Source: an uncultured Saprospiraceae bacterium (GTDB lineage Bacteria > Bacteroidota > Bacteroidia > Chitinophagales > Saprospiraceae). From it: a DNA stretch of 64,000 nt. Position numbers and translations under genes: made by a program. Below are positions 20,373 through 31,142 of this stretch, piece by piece; position 1 is the first letter of the stretch; each line of letters opens with the position of its first letter. A model generated the notes under the pieces. It saw only the letters and a program-made list of their open reading frames with translations. It searched no databases and was not told the origin of the DNA. The DNA lies in NCBI GenBank assembly GCA_937924805.1, contig CALDTZ010000006.1, positions 81,635 to 145,634 on the forward strand, written 5' to 3'.

Positions 20373-21605
20373 TTATTTTTTATAATCTATTTTTTTATCT
20401 CCCATGATACGACCTAAATATTCATTTACGAATTTGTCTTGAACATCATCCGGAGGTCCACCTTCGTCACTCGTCATAACCAACTTATCTTTTTCCTTAT
20501 CTATTTTGAACTTAAAAATGAAGTTGTCTGGATTTTGATAATCTTGAAAATCAAAAGGTCCATAACGCATATCGTTAAACTGTGTCTGCCCTGACTCATT
20601 TATATTAATATGATAATACCCGTCAGAAAACCACTTCAGGATTCGAGTCACTTCATCCGTTTCGTATCCTGCAAGTAATGCTTCATTCTTGGGTAACCTA
20701 TGCAAGACCATTTCTTTATCTTGATCCATTAGTGAGTATCTTCCAAACACCAATTCATCTTCTAATTCTGCAACGCAATACCACAGGATATTATTAAATA
20801 TGGTTGGTGATACAAGCGTCCTTTTGGCTTCAATCTCATTTGCCAATAGGTTTTCAGCAAAAACAGTCTTTACGTTGCTTTGATTAAAAAACGTCATGAT
20901 CATGTATAGCGAGCTAATAATAATCCCTGCTGTATTAATTTTACTCCGTAATGGGTGTTTCCTATGGTAAAAAGAAGCAATAATCAAACAAATTAAAAAA
21001 GGCAATGTATATGCTGGATCTGCAACTGAAATATTATTAAAAGAAACTCTAGTATCACTAAAAGGCGAAAAGAGCTGTGTACCATATACCGTAAAACTAT
21101 CTAAAATAGGATGGGTAACAATAGACCAAAAAAACAATTTAATCCAATCCTTCATGGTTGCTTCAGGCATCTCAATTTTATTGTCAAAATACCGTCTTTT
21201 TATAAACCTAAAAGCCAAACCAGCAATCGTAATAGCAATCAACGGTATTATAAACTTGCCTATTCCTTCATTGGTAACCCCTAAATAAAACAGACCTATT
21301 GTAAAGCTTCCAATAAGCAGCGTTCGAGCTACAACAGAAATCCACTTGTGATATGGCGAATCATATATTTTTGAAACGGTATAACCCATAACTAAAGCAC
21401 CAAGAATAGCAAATAAAAAGGAATGACTAAACCCTCTATGTGCCGCCAATCCTTGCAAGTCAGATAACCATAAATTCGAAATAATATCCAAATCAGGAAT
21501 AGTACCTGCAATTGCACCCCAGAGCATTGCTCTATTTCCAACTTTTTTACCGAGAACTGCTTCGCCAACAGCAGCGCCCAACACAATCTGTGTAAGGGAA
21601 TCCAT
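20373..21605 (-). CDS. membrane-bound metal-dependent hydrolase (YdjM/DUF457-like) with C-terminal soluble extension
   Basis: 410-aa ORF. The MDSLTQIVLGAAVGEAVLGKK start, multiple TM helices and His-containing loops (HRGFSHS) resemble the YdjM family. Confidence 0.65.
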   Translation of the reverse strand: MDSLTQIVLGAAVGEAVLGKKVGNRAMLWGAIAGTIPDLDIISNLWLSDLQGLAAHRGFSHSFLFAILGALVMGYTVSKIYDSPYHKWISVVARTLLIGSFTIGLFYLGVTNEGIGKFIIPLIAITIAGLAFRFIKRRYFDNKIEMPEATMKDWIKLFFWSIVTHPILDSFTVYGTQLFSPFSDTRVSFNNISVADPAYTLPFLICLIIASFYHRKHPLRSKINTAGIIISSLYMIMTFFNQSNVKTVFAENLLANEIEAKRTLVSPTIFNNILWYCVAELEDELVFGRYSLMDQDKEMVLHRLPKNEALLAGYETDEVTRILKWFSDGYYHININESGQTQFNDMRYGPFDFQDYQNPDNFIFKFKIDKEKDKLVMTSDEGGPPDDVQDKFVNEYLGRIMGDKKIDYKK

Positions 21606-21606
21606 T

Positions 21607-22329
21607 TTAGTTGTTTAGTATACTCTTTAAAGCAATTGAGGAAGCTTTTTGTTCAGCAGATTTCTTATTATAATCTTCGGCTGTCCCAATTTTTTTTCCG
21701 TTTACTTGAACGGCGACCTTAAATCGGTCTCTTTTATCAAATTTATATTTGTCTACTAATACAAATTCAACCGTTTTACCTTCTTTTTGACAAAATTCAA
21801 GTAATCTACTTTTGTAGTTATCGTCAAAACTTTCTAATCGCTCCATATTAAGATGTTTCATCAAAATATGTTTGATTACATAGTTTCTTGTTCCAACGTA
21901 ACCTTTTTCGATATAAATCGCTCCAATTAAAGCCTCAAGAGCATTTCCTTTCATTGAACTTGATAGAATACCTAGAGAATATTCTGATAGAATAACATCA
22001 AGGCCCATTTTATCTGCGACTTCATTTAATGTATTTCTTTTTACGATTTTGGACCGCATCTTAGTTAAGAAACCTTCATCTTGTTTTGGATACTTTTTAA
22101 ATAAATATTCACCGACAATCGTAGAAAGTATGGCGTCACCAAGAAACTCAAGACGCTCATTGTTGTAATTATGTGTTTTTTTACTGTTTGCGTTTAAGGA
22201 TTTATGTGAAAACGCAGTTTTAAATATGGCAATGTGATCTGGAACAAAACCTAAAACTTGATACAGTTTAGCAGCAAGTTCTTTTTCATTTGAAAAAAAA
22301 TAGTTGTACGACTTTCGAATTATCCCCAC
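21607..22329 (-). CDS. rnc: ribonuclease III
   Basis: 240-aa ORF. ERLEFLGDAIL catalytic signature plus a C-terminal dsRBD. Confidence 0.92.
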   Translation of the reverse strand: MGIIRKSYNYFFSNEKELAAKLYQVLGFVPDHIAIFKTAFSHKSLNANSKKTHNYNNERLEFLGDAILSTIVGEYLFKKYPKQDEGFLTKMRSKIVKRNTLNEVADKMGLDVILSEYSLGILSSSMKGNALEALIGAIYIEKGYVGTRNYVIKHILMKHLNMERLESFDDNYKSRLLEFCQKEGKTVEFVLVDKYKFDKRDRFKVAVQVNGKKIGTAEDYNKKSAEQKASSIALKSILNN

Positions 22330-22331
22330 AC

Positions 22332-23582
22332 CTATCCTTTAAATCTTGACAATACCACTGTTGCGTTATGCCCTCCAAAGCCAAAGGTATTGCTCAGTAC
22401 AACATCTACCTTTCTTTCTTGTGGTTTGTTGAAAGTAAAGTTTAATTTATTATCAATATTGGGGTCGTCTGTAACATGATTAATCGTAGGAGGTATAGCA
22501 TTGTTTTTAATCGCAAAGATTCCAGCTATCGCTTCAATTGATCCAGCAGCACCTAATAAATGACCAGTCATTGATTTGGTAGAACTAATATTGAGGTCAT
22601 ACGAATGATCTCCAAAAACACCCTTTATGGCTTTTGTTTCTGCTACATCACCTAGAGGTGTAGATGTCCCATGTACATTTACATAATCGACTGCCTCGTT
22701 TGTCAATTTAGCATCTTTCAATGCTACTTTCATAACATTTTTAGCCCCTAAACCTTCTGGATGAGGTGCCGTAATGTGGTGCGCATCTGCTGTCATTCCT
22801 ACCCCTATTAACTCAGCATATATGTGTGCTCCACGCTTTTTTGCATGTTCTAATTCTTCTAAAATTAATGCGCCAGCTCCTTCACCAAGTACAAATCCAT
22901 CTCGATCTACATCAAATGGTCTTGATGCCGTTTGTGGATCATCATTTCTTTGAGATAATGCTCTCATAGAGGAAAAACCACCAATTCCTGCTTTAGTAAC
23001 GGCAGCTTCTGAACCACCAGCAATTATAACATCTGCTCTTCCTAATCTAATATTGTCTGCTGCATTAATAATTGAATGAGAAGATGATGCACATGCTGAA
23101 ACAGTTGCATAATTTACACCTCTAAATCCATATTTGATTGAAATATGTCCAGGAGCTATATCCGTAATAAGTTTAGGGATTAAAAAAGGACTATATCGAG
23201 GCGTATTTCCAAACCCTGCTGCTTCTTCAATATCACTTTCTATGGTTTCGAATCCACCAATACCACTACCCCAGATCACTCCGGCTCGATCTAAATCCAA
23301 CGTGTCAACATTCAGCCCGCTATCTTCCATTGCCTCTGCAGCAACGATTAAAGCATAACTTGAAAATGAGTCAATTCTCCTCGTCACCTTTCTATCAAGG
23401 TAGTCTGATACGTTAAAATCCGTCAGCTCACATGCAAATTTAGTTTTGAAATTGGTTGTATCAAATCTTGAAATCGGCACAGCACCTGATTTTCCTGCAA
23501 ACAATCCTTCCTCATAAGCTTTTGCATTAAGCCCTATGGGTGTTAACGCACCAATACCGGTGATTACAACTCTTTTCATCAA
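22332..23582 (-). CDS. fabF: 3-oxoacyl-ACP synthase II
   Basis: 416-aa ORF. Active-site ACASS, HGTSTPLGD and GHLLGAAG motifs. Lies downstream of acpP. Confidence 0.93.
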   Translation of the reverse strand: MMKRVVITGIGALTPIGLNAKAYEEGLFAGKSGAVPISRFDTTNFKTKFACELTDFNVSDYLDRKVTRRIDSFSSYALIVAAEAMEDSGLNVDTLDLDRAGVIWGSGIGGFETIESDIEEAAGFGNTPRYSPFLIPKLITDIAPGHISIKYGFRGVNYATVSACASSSHSIINAADNIRLGRADVIIAGGSEAAVTKAGIGGFSSMRALSQRNDDPQTASRPFDVDRDGFVLGEGAGALILEELEHAKKRGAHIYAELIGVGMTADAHHITAPHPEGLGAKNVMKVALKDAKLTNEAVDYVNVHGTSTPLGDVAETKAIKGVFGDHSYDLNISSTKSMTGHLLGAAGSIEAIAGIFAIKNNAIPPTINHVTDDPNIDNKLNFTFNKPQERKVDVVLSNTFGFGGHNATVVLSRFKG

Positions 23583-23702
23583 AATGTAATTAAAATGAAT
23601 TTAATAGTATGCATTTATGCTCTTGCAAATTAAGGATTTTATCACAGTTAGTCAAAGCTCAATAGTTATTGACTAAGAATGTAAAACATTTGCTTCAGGG
23701 AG

Positions 23703-23734
23703 AAAAAAAATGACTCTAAAAAGAGTCATTTTTT
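23703..23734 (-). terminator. intrinsic terminator after acpP (symmetric A/T flanks)
   Basis: A8-TGACTCT-AAAA-AGAGTCA-T6. On the minus strand the 7-bp stem is followed by U8. Confidence 0.6.
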
Positions 23735-23740
23735 ATGTTT

Positions 23741-23974
23741 TTACGAGTTAGCTTGCAAATATTCAATGGCTTGACCCACTGTTGCAATATTCTCTGCTTG
23801 ATCATCCGGAATTGATACATCAAATTCTTTTTCGAATTCCATGATCAACTCTACAGTGTCAAGAGAGTCTGCTCCAAGATCGTTTGTAAAACTAGCCTCA
23901 TTTACCACTTCTCCTTCGTCAACTCCTAGTTTTTCTACGATGATTTTTTTTACTCGTTCTGCTATTTCAGACAT
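23741..23974 (-). CDS. acpP: acyl carrier protein
   Basis: 77-aa ORF with the [13 protein letters not shown] phosphopantetheine-attachment motif. Confidence 0.95.
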   Translation of the reverse strand: MSEIAERVKKIIVEKLGVDEGEVVNEASFTNDLGADSLDTVELIMEFEKEFDVSIPDDQAENIATVGQAIEYLQANS

Positions 23975-24194
23975 AATACTTTATTTTAAGGCTGCAAATT
24001 AAATGAATAAGATTCTTATTCACAAGGATACATTTGTTTTTTTGGTTCAAAAAACATTTAATTTTTTAAAAAAACATGAATTTTTAGCTTATTTCCGCAT
24101 TCCAGGTGGTCATTTCTAATATTTAAATTATTGCATTTTAGCTTATCAACTTCAAATAAACAAAGTACCTTAGCTGATTAACAAACTATTTCCT

Positions 24195-25637
24195 ATGCAT
24201 TCTACACCTAAAATTAGACATCAAAACACTAAAATTGTTGCCACAATCGGACCAGCAAGTTCAAGTGAGGAGAATTTATTTGCATTAATTAAAGCAGGTG
24301 CAGATGTTCTGCGATTAAACTTTTCACATGGGGATCATGCTACTCACAAAAGTATTATTGATCGAATTGAGAAAATCAACAAAAAATATAATTTACACAT
24401 TAGCATTTTAGCAGATCTTCAAGGACCCAAATTAAGAGTTGGAGAAATGAAGGATGGAGGTGTAGAAGTAAAAACTGGAGATATCATCAAGTTCGTTTCT
24501 ACTCCTTGTTTAGGCACTTCAAAAAAAGCCTATATGAGTTACATCGATTTTGCAAAAGATGTAACCGTAGGGGAAAAAGTTTTATGTGACGATGGTAAAC
24601 TGGAATTCGTAGTACATGCTTCAAATAAAAAAGATGAAGTTGAATTAAAAGCCGTTTTTGGAGGCGTTTTAAAATCTAATAAAGGAGTAAATCTACCTGA
24701 TACAACATTATCGTTGCCATCTTTGACTGAAAAAGATCTTAAAGATTTAGCGTTTATTCTTACTCAACCTGTAAATTGGATTGCCTTATCTTTTGTAAGA
24801 AGAGCCCAAGATATTGATGAATTAAGAGAGAAAATTTTAGCCGAAAACCACAAGGCAAAAATTATAGCTAAAATCGAAAAACCAGAAGCCATAAAAAACA
24901 TCCGAGAAATAATTAAAACGACGGATGCCGTTATGGTAGCAAGAGGTGATCTAGGTGTAGAAGTACCATTGGAAAAAGTACCTTCTATGCAAAAAGAAAT
25001 TATATCAAGGTGTATTCAAAAAGCAAAACCTGTCATTGTTGCAACTCAAATGATGGAAAGTATGATAGAAAATATATCTCCTTCACGTGCCGAAGTAGCC
25101 GATGTTGCAAATGCAGTCCTCGATGGAACCGATGCGGTTATGCTAAGTGGTGAAACATCTGTAGGTAATCACCCAGCTAAAGTTGTTGAGTATGTAAGTA
25201 AAATCGTTGCTGAAGCAGAAAAACATTATGAACTAACAAATAAAAGACCTAAGCCAAATAAAAAATCAGAAACCTTTTATTCAGATACAATGTGTATCAA
25301 TGCTGCAAAAATTGCAGAAGACATAAGAGCAAAAGCAATTAGTGGTTTAACCGTCTCTGGATATACTGCCTTTAAAATATCTAGTTATAGACCAAAATCA
25401 AGAATCTTTATTTTTTCATCCCAACGACATTTGTTAGCAACCTTGAATTTAGTTTGGGGGGTAAAGACGTATTTTTACGATAAGTTTACAACGACGGATG
25501 ATACGATCGAAGATGTCGCTTCGATATTAAAAGAACATAATCATTTAAAAGAAGGCGATATTATGGTAAATACAGGATCAATGCCACTCCACAAAAGATT
25601 TAGAACGAATATGTTAAAAATCACCATTGTAGAATAA
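24195..25637 (+). CDS. pyk: pyruvate kinase
   Basis: 480-aa ORF. TKIVATIGPAS, LRLNFSHG, MVARGDLGVE and the ATQMMESM motifs. Confidence 0.93.
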   Translation: MHSTPKIRHQNTKIVATIGPASSSEENLFALIKAGADVLRLNFSHGDHATHKSIIDRIEKINKKYNLHISILADLQGPKLRVGEMKDGGVEVKTGDIIKFVSTPCLGTSKKAYMSYIDFAKDVTVGEKVLCDDGKLEFVVHASNKKDEVELKAVFGGVLKSNKGVNLPDTTLSLPSLTEKDLKDLAFILTQPVNWIALSFVRRAQDIDELREKILAENHKAKIIAKIEKPEAIKNIREIIKTTDAVMVARGDLGVEVPLEKVPSMQKEIISRCIQKAKPVIVATQMMESMIENISPSRAEVADVANAVLDGTDAVMLSGETSVGNHPAKVVEYVSKIVAEAEKHYELTNKRPKPNKKSETFYSDTMCINAAKIAEDIRAKAISGLTVSGYTAFKISSYRPKSRIFIFSSQRHLLATLNLVWGVKTYFYDKFTTTDDTIEDVASILKEHNHLKEGDIMVNTGSMPLHKRFRTNMLKITIVE

Positions 25638-25867
25638 TTATCTTTAAATCGTGGTTTCAATAAAAGAGCTAGGAAGAAAACAGAATCAAAAAATAATAAT
25701 AAAAACGGACTCATTTCTTTGTATCAACATTATTATCATAACGTTTGCTTTCTAAACTAGCCTGATTTGTTTTTTGATCATTGTAATAAGAAAAAAGAAA
25801 TTTGTGGTGGACGATCAATGAATGGTTCGCTAGTGACTTCTTTATTTTTTATTGGTAATTTTACTTG

Positions 25868-27343
25868 ATGAAGATTTTTTACTCATTAATACTTCTTTTC
25901 TCATTTCAATATATAAATGCTCAACCAGGTATTTATTCAGAATCTGATATAAAAACTCAAACAGAGTATATTACCGCAGAATTTTACAAGTATTCTTCTA
26001 AACCAAAAGAACAAGAAGAAAAGCTTAAAGGATTGTTGGAGTTAGATAGAACCAATGATGCCACTTATTATCAATTGGCCAGATTTTATTTAGTACAAGA
26101 GAATTATCCAGATGCGTTGTCACAAATTAACAAAGCAATAAAACTCTATAAAAACAATAAGTGGTATCACCTTCTGGCAGCAGACATTCAAGAACTAATG
26201 TTGGATTATACCGCTGCGAACCAATCTATTGAAAATGCGCTCGAAATTGAGCCCAAAAATACAGCATTGATGTATCGAAAAACCCATAACCTATTTAAAA
26301 ATGGGAATACAGATGCTGGAATTAATATGATCACAGAGATTGAAAATAAAACTGGAACAACTGAAAAATCGAGCTATCTGAAATTAGATTACTTAAACAA
26401 CGAAGGTCGTAAAGAAGAAGGTTTGACTGTACTCAAAAATTTAGTTCGTTTGTATCCAGGAAATGTTGATCATATGAACAACTTGGCCCTACAATATGTC
26501 GATCTAAATCAAATCGACGAAGGAAAAAAAATGTTTAAAAAAGTATTAGCGATTGATCCTGAAAATGTTCAAGCCAATATCTCTCTTTTAAAAGATGAAT
26601 CCAACACATCAGAAGAAAGTAAATACTTATTTGCTATCAAACCATTAGTTAGCAACCCAAATATTCCACTAGATCAAAAAATAAAAGAACTGATTCCTTA
26701 TGTTGAGCAAATACCCTTTGAAAAAGATATTGAGTATGTAGATGCTATACGTGCCTTGAGCGAATCATTAGTTGCCAACTATCCAAATGAAGCGAAAGCA
26801 CATGCTATTCGAGGAGATATTATGAATTTAACGGGTCAACCTCAAACAGCACTAAAAAGTTATGATCGGACGCTAGAATTAAATGATAATGTTTACTCCG
26901 TTTGGGCACAAAAAATGGAAGTTTTATATGCACTTTCTTCTTATAAAGAACTAAAAAAGTTTGCAGAAAAAACCATAGATTTTTATCCCAATAATGCTGA
27001 AGGGTACTTTTGGTACAAAATCAGTTCTTATGCTCTAAATGAAATAAATGATGCTACTTCCTTCGATGATATTTATGGTTTTATTGCTAAATCAAATGTA
27101 GTCAACAAGTTTAAATTCACACTAACGGAAGCATATGGTTTGTTTGTTTTGAATCAAGCTAATAAAGGTTTAATTAAATTAGAGGCGCTTAAGATTAACA
27201 TCTTAAAACAAGATGCTTTTGCTCAGGAACTCCTAGGTGATATTTATCATTCATTAGACAAACCAAAAGAAGCATTGAAACATTGGGAACTTTCAAAAGC
27301 ACTAGGTAATTATTCAGATCGATTACAAGCTAAGTTGAATTAA
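25868..27343 (+). CDS. secreted TPR-repeat protein
   Basis: The ORF opens at TTG 25865, with ATG at 25868. Signal peptide (INAQ) and repeated 34-aa TPR-like units. Its stop overlaps the next start (TAATG). Confidence 0.7.
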   Translation: MKIFYSLILLFSFQYINAQPGIYSESDIKTQTEYITAEFYKYSSKPKEQEEKLKGLLELDRTNDATYYQLARFYLVQENYPDALSQINKAIKLYKNNKWYHLLAADIQELMLDYTAANQSIENALEIEPKNTALMYRKTHNLFKNGNTDAGINMITEIENKTGTTEKSSYLKLDYLNNEGRKEEGLTVLKNLVRLYPGNVDHMNNLALQYVDLNQIDEGKKMFKKVLAIDPENVQANISLLKDESNTSEESKYLFAIKPLVSNPNIPLDQKIKELIPYVEQIPFEKDIEYVDAIRALSESLVANYPNEAKAHAIRGDIMNLTGQPQTALKSYDRTLELNDNVYSVWAQKMEVLYALSSYKELKKFAEKTIDFYPNNAEGYFWYKISSYALNEINDATSFDDIYGFIAKSNVVNKFKFTLTEAYGLFVLNQANKGLIKLEALKINILKQDAFAQELLGDIYHSLDKPKEALKHWELSKALGNYSDRLQAKLN

Positions 27344-28551
27344 TGCTTATAAATAAAACGAATCTACACTCCCTTTTTCGTAGTCTTACAACCTTAGGGT
27401 TAACCTTTTTTATTATTGGAATAACGTTTGGGCAATCCAAAAAAGATCTTGAAATTCAAAGAGAAAAAATTAATCGAGAAATAGAACGAACAACAGCTGT
27501 ATTAAGTCAAACAAAGAAGGATAAAAAGGCCACAGTTGAAGAATTTATGCTCGTAGAAAAACAAATCAAAGAGCGAGAGACATTATTAAATAATATTCAA
27601 TCTGGATTGGATGCTATCCAAGAAGATATCTCTATTAACAACTTGGAAAAAGATTCTTTATTTATTGACATTCAGCATATTCAAAAGCAATATAATTCTT
27701 TACTACGGAAAAGACATATTCAACATTTACAACAATCAAAATGGCAATATATCCTATCAGCTAATGGCTTTAAAGATGGCATGTTACGAATGCAACAGCA
27801 ACGTCAACTAGAAAACTATTACTTGGCTAAAAAAAACCAACTCAATAATGCGTACGAAGATTATAACAATACGCTATCTCACCTTGAAAAAGTAGAAATT
27901 GAAAGTCAAAAATTAGCCTTAGAAGAGGTTGAAGTTAAATCTTCACTCAATAAACAATTAATAGAAAAACAATCTTTACTTCAAACCTTAGAAAAAAATA
28001 GTCAATCCCTTAAAAAAGAACTAATTGAAAAAAATAAATCTAGGGAGCGATTAAACCTAGCTATCGAAAAAGCAATAGAACTCGCTATTCGTAATGCAAA
28101 AGATAAACAGAGAAAAGAGAAAAAAGGCACAATATTAAAGACAACAACCAAGGTGACTTCAACATTTTCCATCGCAAAATCAACCTTACATTGGCCTTCT
28201 AATAATGGTGTAATCGTTTCTGCGTTTGGCAAACAACCTCACCCTAGTATTAAAGGCCTTTACATTGAAAATAATGGGATAGACATAAAATTATTGAACG
28301 ATAAGAAAGTGTTATCTGTTTTTAATGGTAAAGTTATTAGTATTCAAACCATTCCAGGTCATAATATCATGATCATGGTTCAACATGGGGAATACTATAC
28401 TATATATTCCAAATTATCTTCGAATAGTGTAAATATTGGACAAGAAGTGTCACAAGGGGATATCTTAGGAGAAGTTGAAAAAAATGTACTTCATTTCGAA
28501 ATTTGGAAAGGGAAGCAAAAATTAAATCCAAACTCTTGGTTAAAAAAATAA
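27343..28551 (+). CDS. M23-family peptidase with long coiled coil (EnvC-like murein hydrolase activator)
   Basis: 402-aa ORF. N-terminal TM/signal, about 230 aa of heptad-rich sequence, and a C-terminal LytM/M23 domain (GIDI...HGEYYTIYSKL...LHFEIW). Confidence 0.8.
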   Translation: MLINKTNLHSLFRSLTTLGLTFFIIGITFGQSKKDLEIQREKINREIERTTAVLSQTKKDKKATVEEFMLVEKQIKERETLLNNIQSGLDAIQEDISINNLEKDSLFIDIQHIQKQYNSLLRKRHIQHLQQSKWQYILSANGFKDGMLRMQQQRQLENYYLAKKNQLNNAYEDYNNTLSHLEKVEIESQKLALEEVEVKSSLNKQLIEKQSLLQTLEKNSQSLKKELIEKNKSRERLNLAIEKAIELAIRNAKDKQRKEKKGTILKTTTKVTSTFSIAKSTLHWPSNNGVIVSAFGKQPHPSIKGLYIENNGIDIKLLNDKKVLSVFNGKVISIQTIPGHNIMIMVQHGEYYTIYSKLSSNSVNIGQEVSQGDILGEVEKNVLHFEIWKGKQKLNPNSWLKK

Positions 28552-28555
28552 TTGA

Positions 28556-29767
28556 ATGGCGAATGAATGGAACATAGGAGAAAAGGCTAAAAAAGGACTA
28601 AGAAAAGAAAAAGAAACAGCTGTCCTTGTTGGATTAGTAACCGGAATAGGTTCTCCTGAACAAACAGAAGAATACCTAGACGAATTGCAGTTTTTGGCCG
28701 AAACAGCAGGAGCGGAAACTAAAAAAAGATTTGTACAGAGATTACCTCATCCTGATGTAAGAACATTTGTTGGGAAAGGTAAGTTGGAAGAAATAAAACA
28801 ATATGTAGAAGACAAAAAAATTGATCTTGTAATTTTCGATGATGACCTTTCAGGTAAGCAAGTACATATTATTGAGGAAGAATTGAAGGTTAAAATTGTA
28901 GATCGCTCAAGTCTTATTTTAGATATTTTTGCTGCTAGAGCTCAGACAGCTCAAGCACAAACACAAGTAGAACTCGCACAACTTTTGTATTTGCTCCCTC
29001 GATTAAGAGGTCTTTGGGATCACCTCGAGAGACAACGAGGTGGTATTGGAATGAGAGGACCTGGTGAACAAGAAATAGAAACAGATCGTAGGATAGTAAG
29101 AGATAAAATTTCTCTACTTAAAAAGAAATTGGAAAAAATAGATAAACAAAATTTTACTCAAAGAAAAAATAGAGGTAATCTCATACGAGTATCTCTTGTC
29201 GGTTATACCAATGCAGGAAAATCTACTTTAATGAATCTATTAAGTAAATCAGATGTATTTGCGGAAGATAAATTGTTTGCCACTCTTGATACCACAGTAA
29301 GAAAAGTAGTCTTTGAAAGAATGCCGTTTTTACTTTCTGACACGGTAGGTTTTATTCGGAAATTACCCCACCATTTAATTGAAAGTTTTAAATCAACTTT
29401 GGATGAAGTTCGAGAAAGTGACATCCTACTTCACATTGTAGATATGGCACATCCATTTTTTGAAGATCATATGAAGACTGTGGAGAAAACACTATTAGAA
29501 CTTGGCACCTCAGAAAAACCGACGCTGATTGTGTTCAATAAAATAGACAAGTACAGAAAAGATTTTTTTGATGATTTATTAGATGAAGAAAATAAAGCAT
29601 TAATCCTTCAAGCGCTTGAAGATCGTATGCGAAATGAATATCAAAAAGATACTATTTTTATTGCAGCTAAAACAAAAGAAAACATTGCTCTGCTTCGTGA
29701 AAAAATGAAAAACATGATAGAAGCACAATATAATGAGCGATACCCATATCAAACGAAATACTGGTAA
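28556..29767 (+). CDS. hflX: GTPase HflX
   Basis: 403-aa ORF. HflX N-domain (SLILDIFAARAQTAQAQTQVELAQL) and G-domain motifs GYTNAGKSTLMN, DTVGF and NKID. Confidence 0.92.
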   Translation: MANEWNIGEKAKKGLRKEKETAVLVGLVTGIGSPEQTEEYLDELQFLAETAGAETKKRFVQRLPHPDVRTFVGKGKLEEIKQYVEDKKIDLVIFDDDLSGKQVHIIEEELKVKIVDRSSLILDIFAARAQTAQAQTQVELAQLLYLLPRLRGLWDHLERQRGGIGMRGPGEQEIETDRRIVRDKISLLKKKLEKIDKQNFTQRKNRGNLIRVSLVGYTNAGKSTLMNLLSKSDVFAEDKLFATLDTTVRKVVFERMPFLLSDTVGFIRKLPHHLIESFKSTLDEVRESDILLHIVDMAHPFFEDHMKTVEKTLLELGTSEKPTLIVFNKIDKYRKDFFDDLLDEENKALILQALEDRMRNEYQKDTIFIAAKTKENIALLREKMKNMIEAQYNERYPYQTKYW

Positions 29768-29769
29768 TC

Positions 29770-30864
29770 ATGGACATTCTCAAAAAATATGCAAAACTTC
29801 TTGTGGACTATTGTGTCTCTTTAAAACCAGGAGAAAAGTTGTATATTAAAAGCACAACACTTGCAGAACCTCTGGTAAAAGAAGTGTATAGATATGCACT
29901 TTCAAAAGGCGGAATAGTAGAATATGATCTCGACTTTCAAGGAAAAAATAAAATTTTTTATCAAGAAGCAAATAATGCAGCTTTAAATTCGCTACCCACG
30001 CTAAATCAAAAGGCTATGGAATCTTTTGACGCCTATATTGTTATTAGAGCTCCTTTTAATTTAATGGAAGACCAGCATTTAGATAAAGAAAAAATAGCTG
30101 CAAGACGTAAGGCTATGCAACCCCTAAATACGCTTTATTTTGAACGTACAGCTACCAAAGCACTCAAGCGTTCACTTTGCCAATATCCAACCATAGCTTC
30201 AGCACAAATGGCTAGAATGTCACTTGAAGAATATCAAGAATTCGTTTTTAATGCATGCTATCTATATGATGAAAACCCTGCAGAACAATGGAAAAAGGTA
30301 GGTAAGCAACAACAGAAGCTTGTAGACTTTCTTAACCCAGTAAATAACATTCGTTATGTAAATAAACATAGCGATATTTCATTTTCGGTTGAAGGTAGAA
30401 CGTGGATTAATAGTGATGGAAAAACCAATATGCCTTCAGGAGAAGTATTCTCTGCACCTGTCGAAAATAGTGTTAATGGAACGATCTATTTTAACTATCC
30501 TTCGGTTTATGCAGGCTATGCTGTCGAAGGAATTGAACTTACCGTAAAAGATGGAAAAGTTATAAAAGGAACTGCCAAAAAAGGGCAAGAGCTTCTCGAC
30601 AAAATACTTAAAACAGAAGGAGCTAATTATTTTGGAGAAGTCGCAATAGGTACAAATTATCAAATTCAAACACCCACCCAAAATATTTTATTTGATGAGA
30701 AAATTGGTGGTACCATTCATATGGCACTAGGTCAATCATATAAACATTGTGGTGGGAAGAATAATTCTGCAATTCATTGGGACATGATTGCAGATATGAA
30801 AGATGGCGGAAAAATCTTTGCTGATGAGGTCCTCATTTATAAAGATGGCCACTTTATCATTTAA
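29770..30864 (+). CDS. M29-family aminopeptidase (AmpS/PepS-like)
   Basis: 364-aa ORF. The LKKYAKLLVDYCV start, PSGEVF, GEVAIGTN and IHWDM motifs are typical of thermophilic-metalloprotease M29 aminopeptidases. Confidence 0.85.
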   Translation: MDILKKYAKLLVDYCVSLKPGEKLYIKSTTLAEPLVKEVYRYALSKGGIVEYDLDFQGKNKIFYQEANNAALNSLPTLNQKAMESFDAYIVIRAPFNLMEDQHLDKEKIAARRKAMQPLNTLYFERTATKALKRSLCQYPTIASAQMARMSLEEYQEFVFNACYLYDENPAEQWKKVGKQQQKLVDFLNPVNNIRYVNKHSDISFSVEGRTWINSDGKTNMPSGEVFSAPVENSVNGTIYFNYPSVYAGYAVEGIELTVKDGKVIKGTAKKGQELLDKILKTEGANYFGEVAIGTNYQIQTPTQNILFDEKIGGTIHMALGQSYKHCGGKNNSAIHWDMIADMKDGGKIFADEVLIYKDGHFII

Positions 30865-30867
30865 GAA

Positions 30868-31062
30868 TTAGCTCATTTTTGGCAAAACAACCATAACAAA
30901 CAAAATAAAGACGATCAAGCTAATCAATGGAATAGCAAATAATTTTATAATAGAAGATCCTGTCTTCTCAATCTTTTCTTCACCAAAAAGAAGCTTAAAT
31001 AAACTTTGTAAAAGTGTAACCATAAACAAAGTACTTAGAACAAGAAATATGATTGCTACCAT
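30868..31062 (-). CDS. possible small two-helix membrane protein
   Basis: 64-aa ORF with two clear hydrophobic helices. It sits in an otherwise empty gap. No homology recognised. Confidence 0.4.
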   Translation of the reverse strand: MVAIIFLVLSTLFMVTLLQSLFKLLFGEEKIEKTGSSIIKLFAIPLISLIVFILFVMVVLPKMS

Positions 31063-31142
31063 CTTTTAATTTTACTTTATAGGCTTGTAAAGATATCTGT
31101 ATCTTGGTCATCAAATTAGAATACGTAAAACTTTAATCATTG

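Noticed and set aside
23648-23676. An 8-bp inverted repeat, TTAGTCAA-N13-TTGACTAA, between the acpP terminator and fabF; a possible operator.
   Set aside because: The arms are short and AT-rich and easily arise by chance in this composition. There is no regulator gene nearby. I cannot support this without comparative data.
25560-25735. A roughly 57-codon minus-strand ORF starting near 25727 (MSPFLLLFF...) that runs antisense into the 3' end of pyk.
   Set aside because: It overlaps the conserved pyk C-terminus in antisense, has a hydrophobic low-complexity composition typical of AT-rich antisense frames, and has no independent support.
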